A DNA stretch of 62,683 nucleotides, counting the filler, from Moniliella sp. 'wahieum' (taxonomy: Eukaryota), in the NCBI GenBank assembly GCA_003971905.1. It is 3 parts of 3 records of this genome, joined end to end, with 100 filler letters (N's around TTAATTAATTAA, not from the genome) between each part and the next. Parts side by side here need not be neighbours in the genome. Positions count along the whole stretch, not along the records: positions 28,673 to 51,922 come from RSEE01000184.1; positions 52,023 to 62,683 come from RSEE01000218.1; 1 more part is not named here. One strand, written 5' to 3'. This document shows, piece by piece, positions 51,913-60,378 of this stretch (positions are counted from its first letter, which is position 1; each line of letters opens with the position of its first letter). Under the pieces are notes generated by a model, which worked only from the letters and a program-made list of their open reading frames with translations, was not told the origin of the DNA and did not search any database. The position numbers and the translations under genes are program-made.

Positions 51913-51922
51913 TAGGGTTAGG
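51913..51922 (+). repeat. Probable start of a (TTAGGG)n telomere at the contig end
   Basis: The contig ends in TAGGGTTAGG with the G-rich strand pointing outward, right after the subtelomeric repeats. Only ~1.7 units are present. Confidence 0.55.
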
Positions 51923-52022
51923 NNNNNNNNNNNNNNNNNNNNNNNNNNNNNNNNNNNNNNNNNNNNTTAATTAATTAANNNNNNNNNNNNNNNNNNNNNN
52001 NNNNNNNNNNNNNNNNNNNNNN
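51923..52022. other. Artificial contig linker
   Basis: Runs of N flank TTAATTAATTAA. Confidence 0.98.
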
Positions 52023-52054
52023 GAGTGGGGGGCAGAGCCGGGGCCGGGGCCACG

Positions 52055-52100
52055 TGGAGGTGGAGGTGGAGGTGGAGGTGGAGGTGGAGGTGGAGGTGGA
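52055..52100 (+). repeat. (TGGAGG)n microsatellite
   Basis: About 7-8 perfect hexamer copies. Confidence 0.9.
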
Positions 52101-52498
52101 AGAGGAAGAGAAACAAAAGGGAGGATGGGTGGCGGGGGTCGTTTACCGCCTGGCCGCTAATCAGCGGTGCTTGGTGCGGTGCTTTTGCTGGGGTAACCGC
52201 TAAGCTTAGCGGTACCGCTTAAGCCTGCACGTCTCGCCCCCCCCCCAGGCCGCACGCGGCGTTCCGCGGTGCCGGGCGGAAGGATGGCGAATGGCGAATG
52301 GTAAATCAGCGCGGGGGGTCGGTGCAACACGAGGGGCTGGGGCATGGAGGAGCGGGACGGAATACCGGAATAACCCAATAACCACCCACGTACGATGTGC
52401 ATCTCGAGCTACTGCCGTCGTTGCGGTCGTATACCGTGCTGGAAAGCAATGTGGGTGGGGAGTGCCATTTGCGCTACGGACAGAACCATGTACTGCGC

Positions 52499-52658
52499 TG
52501 TTGACATCCGTCCTAGGACCGCGCGGACCCTGAGTCACGTGAGTCAGCTTTCATTCCTTCCGAGCTCGCACCAGTCTTCTGGACGAGTCAGTCGCAGAAG
52601 CTTCTTAGTCCAATACGACGTTCAGTGCTCACATTCTGTGGTAGTAGCGAGGCCGACA
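52499..52658 (+). repeat. 5' LTR
   Basis: TGTTGACATCC...GAGGCCGACA, identical by eye to 57397-57556. Confidence 0.97.
52531..52546 (+). promoter_or_regulatory. Tandem AP-1/Gcn4-type sites (TGAGTCA x2) overlapping an E-box (CACGTG) in the LTR
   Basis: Sequence TGAGTCACGTGAGTCA. Function is inferred from the consensus only. Confidence 0.5.
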
Positions 52659-52884
52659 GAGTTACATCCTTATCTGCTCATCCCTGAGCTGGCCAAAACT
52701 ACACCCACAACCATGGGCGCCAACGCTAACACCGATCTCTCGGTCAGCGACACCACAATGGTGAACAAGCGCGATTACTGGACACCAACCGGTCGCGATC
52801 CGCCACCGATTGGCACCGACAACGAGGAACTCATGATGCTTTGCGCCGAAGCGCACCTGTGGTTCAAGAAGACGAACGACATCG

Positions 52885-53958
52885 ATGTCGTTAAAGAGAA
52901 TCAACAGAGCTATACACGACAGAGCCGAGTGGCTTGGATGGAAGGACGAACCTACGTCTATCACGACAAACTGGGTTCGACGGGCTACGAATTTTGTGGT
53001 GCAAAACATCCACCAAATGGAAACTCAACCCAACGCAACTTTGGGGGCACCTACAGGCGCAGCCTCGCGACCCGAGTACGACCTTTACAGATCACTACGC
53101 GAGTCTCCCACCAAGAATATCAAGTGGCCTGATCTGAACAAAGACCCGTCCGCCTACAGCGCTTGGGAAGACGAATTTCTCTTCGCGATAACAGATGCCC
53201 ACCCCCACGCAAGCGACGTCGTCCAGAATGGTCGCAGCTCCCGCTACTTCACCGAGGACCTCGACAGACGCTTGCACAACCTTCTTAGGGAAGCCATGCC
53301 GTCAACCCTCTTCCGGACGATCCGCACCCACCACGAAATATCATGCACCCAGGACACGCTGAACATGCTGCGTCAGCGGTATGGATATACGCCTACCGCA
53401 AACAGAGGGCCTCTACTCATTCGCTACTTTTCGGCCGACCAAGGAAACCGATCGGGTCGAGACTACCTCGACTACATGGAAGAGATCAGTGCAAGCCTGA
53501 CGCGAGCGGGCATCCCACTTACGGAAGAGCAGGAACGCACTGGGATCCTACTCGGCTTACGCGACATGAGCATTCGCCAGCGTGAAGAGCGCTCGAGTCT
53601 AGACAAGTTACGGCAGGCCGTGATGGACATACCAGCCGCCACGTATCCCGGTGGAGAAAGGAAGAGAAACGGAGGCAAGCCGGTCAACGGAGGAACGCCT
53701 TGGACTCGACCCGACAGCGGGGGACGACCCACCAGCGGGGGAAAAAACTCCAGCGGGGGCAAAGCCGGCGACGACAACCTCGCGGACACAAAGACCAAGG
53801 GGCAAGACCGCACCAACCAACCCTGGCGCAGCGCGACGTCTAATAAACCTGTTGTCCCTCCGCGCAACCCAGGCCGAGCCAACGCTCACGTCGCTCAGAG
53901 AGCGAGCTCTCCCGAGTCTGAAGTGATTGACGTTGATGCGGGCACAGCTGACTACTAG
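52885..53958 (+). CDS. gag: Copia Gag (capsid-like, no CCHC knuckle); true start may be ATG 52713 via a frame change
   Basis: 'AYSAWEDEF..LDRRLHNLLREAM..TLNMLRQRYG..QGNRSGRDYLDYMEEISASLTRAGIPLTEEQERTGILLGL' is typical of copia Gag. Ends at TAG 53956-53958. Confidence 0.85.
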   Translation: MSLKRINRAIHDRAEWLGWKDEPTSITTNWVRRATNFVVQNIHQMETQPNATLGAPTGAASRPEYDLYRSLRESPTKNIKWPDLNKDPSAYSAWEDEFLFAITDAHPHASDVVQNGRSSRYFTEDLDRRLHNLLREAMPSTLFRTIRTHHEISCTQDTLNMLRQRYGYTPTANRGPLLIRYFSADQGNRSGRDYLDYMEEISASLTRAGIPLTEEQERTGILLGLRDMSIRQREERSSLDKLRQAVMDIPAATYPGGERKRNGGKPVNGGTPWTRPDSGGRPTSGGKNSSGGKAGDDNLADTKTKGQDRTNQPWRSATSNKPVVPPRNPGRANAHVAQRASSPESEVIDVDAGTADY

Positions 53959-53973
53959 GAACTCGGGGGCGAA

Positions 53974-56900
53974 ATGCGAATCATCCGGGCATTATATGAC
54001 AGTGGGGCATTCCCATCCATTTGGAAAGACAAATCCGTCTTCACATCCATGACCCCTTGCGACGACGAGATAGAGGTTGCTAACGGGACACATGTAAAGG
54101 CGGAAGGACGAGGCACGGCCACAATCCGTATCCGATGCTTAGGAGGACACCAAATGGAGATAAAACTCCCCAACAGCCTATACATGCCCCGTTTCAGCCG
54201 AAATCTCGTCAGTGTAGCACACCTGTCGAACACCGGAATCGCATCATACTTCGCCCCACACCAGAAGGGTATCTGGCTTGGTAACCCAGGATCCACCCTA
54301 CGAAAAGTAACCGGCAGTGACTATCAATTCACGATCTTACACAACCCGCGAACGCCACCCACACCCCTGCGGGCCATGGCGACCAAACCGATCAAACCGG
54401 CCGACCCACCCTCAACCCCAAACTCCCTCGCAGCATCCCTGGCCCTGGACCACGTCTCTAAAGCCCACAAACGCTGGAACCACGCAGCCATCGACCTCCT
54501 CCCCTGGCTTACACGATCGGAAACCGCAGGCCTCCGCGTCACAGCCAAGCATATCTCCCTCTGTCGTTCAGAGTGGGATTGCCCAACATGCGCGGTGGCA
54601 CTAGCGACAGCATCGCCCCATCCGAGCCGGGACCGCCTCCGATCCAAAAGACCTTTCGAGGTCCTCCACGTCGACGTAGTAGACCTCCCCCGGGTAACCG
54701 GCATGGGGCACGGATACGCCCTCGTCGCCGTTGATGACTTCACGCGGTACGTCTTCACCACAGCGATCCCGACAAAGGGCGCTGCAACGAAGGAACTGCG
54801 GAACCTCATATTGCGGGAGCAACGCTACGGCCCGGACAGACTGCTGCGGACTTTGCGCACGGACAACGCCCCCGAATTGACAAGCGCACTGCAACCTTTT
54901 CTGGACGAGCAAGGCATCACGTCAGAACGGACAATCCCGGGGCAGAGTGCTAGCAACGGTGTGGCTGAGCGTGCCATCCGAACCATAACGACTCGTGCAA
55001 GGCAGTTGCTCTTGGGTACAGGTCTTCCGACGTCGGACTGGTGGGAACACAGCCTCCACGCTGCGTGCTTCACCCAAAACCAAATGCCACTCAAAACATC
55101 CGGGGAAGACAACAAATCGCGATTTGAGCGATACAAAGGCCACGCATACTCGTTACCGATGCAACCCTTTGGCCGCGTTGCATACCTCCATCTGCCCGAG
55201 TCACGCCGCGAGCACAAGCTCAGCGCGCGGGCAGAGGAAGGTATGCTGGTAGGATACCACCATCAGCGCGGATCAAAGGGATGGCTCTTCGCCACATACC
55301 AACCATCCCTGGGTACCTTCACCTACCGCTGGTCGAAACCGTACAAATGGGGCAACGCCATCTACCCCCATCTCCACCCCGACCACTTCCCACCCGACAT
55401 CTCCAAATCACCTCAAATTAAAATCGACAGTGAAAAAGACGCTAACCCTACTCCGCCAGCCGCGGCAGCACCCATGCCCCGAACCGCCGCCACACCCCAG
55501 ACACCCGCTCCCACCACCACCCCCCCTCCGCGCCGCTACCCCCTCCGCCAGCGCACCACCCGCACCTCCCTCGACCTGCACACACTCCCAATCGCTGACG
55601 ACCCCACCGACACGACCTACCATGCTCGTGCTGCAGCCGCCACGCCCCACTGCGCCGCACCAGAGATCGGCATCGCCCGCCCCCTACCTGACACATCCGC
55701 CCCCCCGTTTGCCGACACAGTTCAACCTCCCGAATACGCCGCCATGACTGCTCTCAGCGCACCCATCCACCCGGACACGGTTCAGCTCACCAAGGATGGC
55801 GTACCCCTCGCTCCCAAGACGCTCAAGGGTCTCGAGACTCACCCCTCCTTTGCCATGGTCAAGCAGGCTATGGCCGACGAGGTGGCCACACTCGCGCGAT
55901 ACGGCACCTACGAGGCTACGTACCCACCACCGGGTGCACAAATCCTCATAGGACTATGGCGCATCACCACAAAGACGGACGCCGAGGGCCGGTTCCTGCG
56001 CCACCGCGCGCGCTTTGTCGCGGGCGGACACCAACAATCGGCCGAGACTTGGGGCCAGACGTTCGCACCATCGGTGCGCACACCTGCCATCCTGACCCTC
56101 GTCGTGCTGGCCGAGAAGTATAAGTTTGGCCTCTTCTCGGCGGACGTCAATGCAGCGTACCTGAACGCCCCCCTCGAAGAAGCAGTCTACATCCGCCCAC
56201 CCCCCTACTTCCCCGAAGCGGGTGGTCGCGTGTGGCGTCTCAAGAAGAGTCTATACGGGCTACATCAGAGCGGAGCAAACTGGGCACGATACATCCGGAA
56301 CCTGCTGCGTGACAAGCTCGGCTTCACGCAAAGCTTGACCGAGCCCTGCTTGTTCGTGCGCGCTGCACCACCGGGTGAGCAGATCCTCCTGGCGGTCCAC
56401 ACCGACGATCTGCTCCTCGCATGCAAGTCACACCAAAAGTACGAGGAGTTTATGGCCGAGATAAACACACACATTGATGTTCGTGGTAACGGTCCCCTTC
56501 ACTACCACCTGGGATGCCAATACGATCGGATCGGTGGGGAGCTGTACCTGAGCCAACCAAAGTTCATCGAGGAAGTGGTGGCAAAGCACCACATCAAAGC
56601 CCCGTGGATCCGGACTCTCCCACATCCCGTACGGATGATACCGCCCCGTGCCGACCCTGAACCCCCATCCCTCCCAGCCTTGCGCAAGGCATATCAGGGG
56701 AAGATCGGATCGGGACTGTGGGCTGCACGAATGGGCCGGCCTGACTCCCTCTTCGCTATCACGGCCCTCAGCAGAGCCGCTGCCGACCCATCGCAGCAGC
56801 ATCATCAAGCAGTCGATGACTTCCTTCGCTACCTGTACCATACTCGAGGAAAGGGCCTGAGGTTGACCCCAACATCAGATGCACCGGCCATTGCGCTGTA

Positions 56901-57402
56901 TACAGATTCCGACTTGGCGGGAGATCCCATCCAGGCACGCTCCACATCTGGATGCCTACTGATGGTGTACGGTGTGCCGGTGTCGTGGCGATCCATTCTT
57001 CAGCCGAAGAGCGTTACCAGTACCGCCGCCGCCGAATATACGGCAGGATATGATGGACTGGTTGACGCCAACTATGTCAAGAACATCATGATCGAGCTTG
57101 GGGCCATCGGCGAGGGTACACCCATTCATTGGTATTGCGACAATAAGTCTGTCGTCGATCTCGCCCACAAATTTGGCAGCACCGGCAAGCTCCGAGAGCT
57201 GAAGATCCGGTACCACAATGTACGGCAACACGTGGACTCGGGCGAGGCCATACTTGTACACATCCCCGGCGAAAGGAACCCAGCGGACGTCCTCACCAAG
57301 CCTCTCGGCCGTCCCGCCCTGACAAGCCATCTTGCTCAACTCCGCGTCGAGGAGATGGATCCAGTCCACATGACTGGGCCCTCCGGTCAGCGGGGGTGTT
57401 GA
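53974..57402 (+). CDS. pol: Copia Pol polyprotein (protease, integrase, reverse transcriptase, RNase H), uninterrupted, 1142 aa
   Basis: PR 'LYDSGA'; IN HHCC 'HKRWNH..CPTC' and 'LHVDV..RTDNAPEL..SNGVAERAIRT'; RT 'RARFVAGG..DVNAAYLNA..LKKSLYGLHQSG..HTDDLL'; RH 'YTDSDLAG..STAAAEY..CDNKS..NPADVLTKPL'. Confidence 0.97.
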   Translation: MRIIRALYDSGAFPSIWKDKSVFTSMTPCDDEIEVANGTHVKAEGRGTATIRIRCLGGHQMEIKLPNSLYMPRFSRNLVSVAHLSNTGIASYFAPHQKGIWLGNPGSTLRKVTGSDYQFTILHNPRTPPTPLRAMATKPIKPADPPSTPNSLAASLALDHVSKAHKRWNHAAIDLLPWLTRSETAGLRVTAKHISLCRSEWDCPTCAVALATASPHPSRDRLRSKRPFEVLHVDVVDLPRVTGMGHGYALVAVDDFTRYVFTTAIPTKGAATKELRNLILREQRYGPDRLLRTLRTDNAPELTSALQPFLDEQGITSERTIPGQSASNGVAERAIRTITTRARQLLLGTGLPTSDWWEHSLHAACFTQNQMPLKTSGEDNKSRFERYKGHAYSLPMQPFGRVAYLHLPESRREHKLSARAEEGMLVGYHHQRGSKGWLFATYQPSLGTFTYRWSKPYKWGNAIYPHLHPDHFPPDISKSPQIKIDSEKDANPTPPAAAAPMPRTAATPQTPAPTTTPPPRRYPLRQRTTRTSLDLHTLPIADDPTDTTYHARAAAATPHCAAPEIGIARPLPDTSAPPFADTVQPPEYAAMTALSAPIHPDTVQLTKDGVPLAPKTLKGLETHPSFAMVKQAMADEVATLARYGTYEATYPPPGAQILIGLWRITTKTDAEGRFLRHRARFVAGGHQQSAETWGQTFAPSVRTPAILTLVVLAEKYKFGLFSADVNAAYLNAPLEEAVYIRPPPYFPEAGGRVWRLKKSLYGLHQSGANWARYIRNLLRDKLGFTQSLTEPCLFVRAAPPGEQILLAVHTDDLLLACKSHQKYEEFMAEINTHIDVRGNGPLHYHLGCQYDRIGGELYLSQPKFIEEVVAKHHIKAPWIRTLPHPVRMIPPRADPEPPSLPALRKAYQGKIGSGLWAARMGRPDSLFAITALSRAAADPSQQHHQAVDDFLRYLYHTRGKGLRLTPTSDAPAIALYTDSDLAGDPIQARSTSGCLLMVYGVPVSWRSILQPKSVTSTAAAEYTAGYDGLVDANYVKNIMIELGAIGEGTPIHWYCDNKSVVDLAHKFGSTGKLRELKIRYHNVRQHVDSGEAILVHIPGERNPADVLTKPLGRPALTSHLAQLRVEEMDPVHMTGPSGQRGC

Positions 57403-57556
57403 CATCCGTCCTAGGACCGCGCGGACCCTGAGTCACGTGAGTCAGCTTTCATTCCTTCCGAGCTCGCACCAGTCTTCTGGACGAGTCAGTCGCAGAAGCT
57501 TCTTAGTCCAATACGACGTTCAGTGCTCACATTCTGTGGTAGTAGCGAGGCCGACA
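57397..57556 (+). repeat. 3' LTR
   Basis: Identical to the 5' LTR. The pol stop codon TGA lies inside it (57400-57402). Confidence 0.97.
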
Positions 57557-57990
57557 TGCGCTCTAGTGCGCAACAGAGGGCACACGGCACTTATTAATCA
57601 CGTCGATTGGGTGGTCTTTGGGCTGCTAGGTAGGGTGTGGTGCGGGGAGAGGGGAGGTACATCGTCTGTGGCACCCACGTGCAACGGAGGGAAGAAGGAA
57701 GCCTGGACTAGCTTGGACGCAGCTCAGCTCAGCTCAGCTCAAGGGAAGGGTCAGGATTAGGGTTAGGGTCCTGAGGTCCACACGCTCCGTTCTCAGGCAG
57801 ATCCAACAGAAAGACGCAGAGCAGAAGGTTGACCGAGCGACACCACGCTACCACGATATGACGATAGGACGATTGCATGGTAAGATCCAAGACCCAAGTC
57901 CAGGGATGATTGACGAGGCCTGAGGGTAGGGTGGCAGTCTCTCCCGGACCCTCTGCTGACGACAGCACACGGCACGGCCCACGAGCACGG

Positions 57991-60050
57991 TTAAGAAGAC
58001 TTTGTAGGATCGGCCTCGGCCTCGGCCTCGACGATAGGTGGCTGATCACCTTCGTGCGGGTACTCAAAAGGGTACAAAGGAGTACTTGGTGGTGTACGGG
58101 TACCTGCATCGTAAGCGGAAGCTTTGACGCCTAAGACTTTGTACTCTTTGCCCATGGAGGTCATGTCGATCACGCGGTACGCTGCCTGGGTGATCACGTC
58201 CCGTCGTTCTGCTGGCGCAGAGGCAAGTAGCTTGTTCACGCGTAGTTCCAGTCCATCGCCGCGAGGAACGGGCCCTGCTCGGCTGGGCCGAGGGATTGGG
58301 CTGCGTGTGCGTCAGTGTGTCAGTGGGTCAGTGTGTGGCCAAGAGGTAGGGTGAGAAGGAGAGGGGGAGAGGGGAGCAACGGTGCAAGACATGTGGGGGG
58401 GGGGGGGGGAGAATAAAGGGAGAAAACAAGAAAAACAAGGAAGGGAAGCGAGGCGAGTTTTTTTTTGAGGCACACGTACCGTCAGTCGAGTCAATCGCAT
58501 GTTTGACATGGACAAAGTCCACGTTGGCAGTCAAGTCGGCCGTTCCCGGGTTAGCCAGGGGATCAACAATATGGTGATGTTTGAAAGCGCGGAACGAGTT
58601 GGGGAAAGAAGTTTCGTCACCGTAATCGACGATGGCCGCGACGCCACCGTAGGAGGAATGAGTGCGAGCTGCAGTACGTCGTTCCGAATCGGAAACAAGC
58701 ATGGCTTTTAGTTGCTTTCCAATTTCGTCCTTAGGTTCTTCCGAAGGTAATGTGGGTAACGGTGCTTCTCGTCCAGCTACCAGTTCACCTACTTTGCGCG
58801 CTGCAGCCCATGCGTCCGGTGAAATCTCCACTTGCTGCCCAGGCTGCATGCTTTGGAACCGCGGGTTGCGCGACGCAAGCAGTTCCGACCACGCTGTTGA
58901 GCCGGGACTCAGCACGTACTCAAACTCGGGTTTCGGAGCGGATGCAGGCGCCTCCGATTCGGATTCGGATTCGGATTCGTGGGCCTTGCTGTTACTCGTA
59001 CGTTTGGCGTCGAGGTGGGCCTGGATAAAGTCGGAGGCCTTGTGAGTGGACACACCGGCAGCTTGGGCCGAAGCAGGTTTATCCGGGTTCTTGAGGTTAA
59101 TCAATACCTCTCGAAACCCATCTTGGGTTTTCTGAAACACATGAATCGTAGCGCATCAAAGAACTCATGAGCGATCAACATGGTGTACCTCTCGCCCTGA
59201 ATCGGGACCGAATGAATCGAGTCGAACCATTGGACTTGCAGTGTACCTTGCTCGTATGGCGGTGGTTCTTCCCCCGGCTGAATAGGAACGAGAGTACGAC
59301 GTGCACCCGCCGGTGTCGAGGAAGAGCTGGCATTGAGCACATCTTGAATCGCGGCCAGTTGAAGTCGACGTAGTCCCTCGGACGTCTCGACCAGATGGAT
59401 GGCTTGCAAGTTATCTGCCACAGCGGGGAACCGCGCAAACGTGCGCAACACGTCCTGCAGTAACGTCCCGCGTCCAGGTCCAAACTCGACGAGACGAATA
59501 GGCGGCGGTGGGGAGCCGAACCCGAACCCGAACCCGAAGCAGACGCAGACGCAGACGCAGGAGGAGCACGGAGCACATCACCATAATGCGCCACAAAGTA
59601 AATCCCAAACAACTCTCCAAACACCTGGGTAATCTCAGGGGAAGTAACAAGTCACCTTTGGCACCAATTACATGACGTTCCTTATCGTGGGGAGCGGGGG
59701 GCGCATGAGCCGCAGCGTAGTACCCCAACGCCGGGTCCAACAGTGCCGCACGCATAAAACTCGCCACACTCATTGGTCCATCCACTTTGATTGACTTGGC
59801 TAGGATGTCCGCCATGGTCGCTGTGATCCGTGCCGAGGTCGCCAAACGCCTCGTTTCGTCTTCCTCGGCTTGCTGCGCCGCGGCGTGGCCTTGCTCCTCC
59901 GGCCCGGCGGTGGTGGCCAAGGCGCGCCGGCCGCGCGGCGCCCAGTGCGCGAGAGGCGCAAAGGGCGCGAGGGAGTGAAGGGGGTGAGGCGGGCAGGAGA
60001 GAGCCGCGGGAGGTGGAGGCGAGGCGGATGAGCTTGGGCATGGTCGACAT
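57991..60050 (-). CDS. NDUFAF7: Mitochondrial protein arginine methyltransferase NDUFAF7/MidA (complex I assembly; frameshifted, intron near 58480)
   Basis: 'GPMSVASFMRAALLDPALGYY', 'GAKGD..TSPEITQVFGEL', 'VEFGPGRGTL', 'HLVETS', 'IAHEFFDAL', 'DYG..SFRAFKHH..PGTADLTANVDF', 'MGKEYKVL'. Confidence 0.92.
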
Positions 60051-60378
60051 GCTGGTGGTGGTGGTTGTTGCGGGGCCGCAGAAAAGAAGCGGGGGTTGGC
60101 TTGGAAGGCTGGCTTAGTTTCAACATGCAATCAATCCATCAATCCCTCATCCATCATCCACCGATCGATCGCCGACGAGCCGAGCACGCAAAAGACGCGC
60201 AACAAATATGCAGCCGCAGCGGATCGAACCAAGGGTAGATTGGGTGTGGCTGCATTCGATGCAGATGTGTGATCCAGCGGCCCTATTTTTTTAACAGTGA
60301 GGTAGCGTCCCCACCCCAAAAGTCCCCCAAACCATCCCCACCGCCACCCCCATCCCCACCACCGGTAGCGCCATCGCC

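Larger units (their letters stand above)
52499..57556 (+). mobile_element. Complete Ty1/copia LTR retrotransposon (5058 bp), recent insertion
   Basis: Identical 160-bp TG..CA LTRs; 5-bp TSD TGCGC (52494-52498 and 57557-57561); domain order gag-PR-INT-RT-RH; short purine tract AGCGGGGG before the 3' LTR. Confidence 0.98.
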
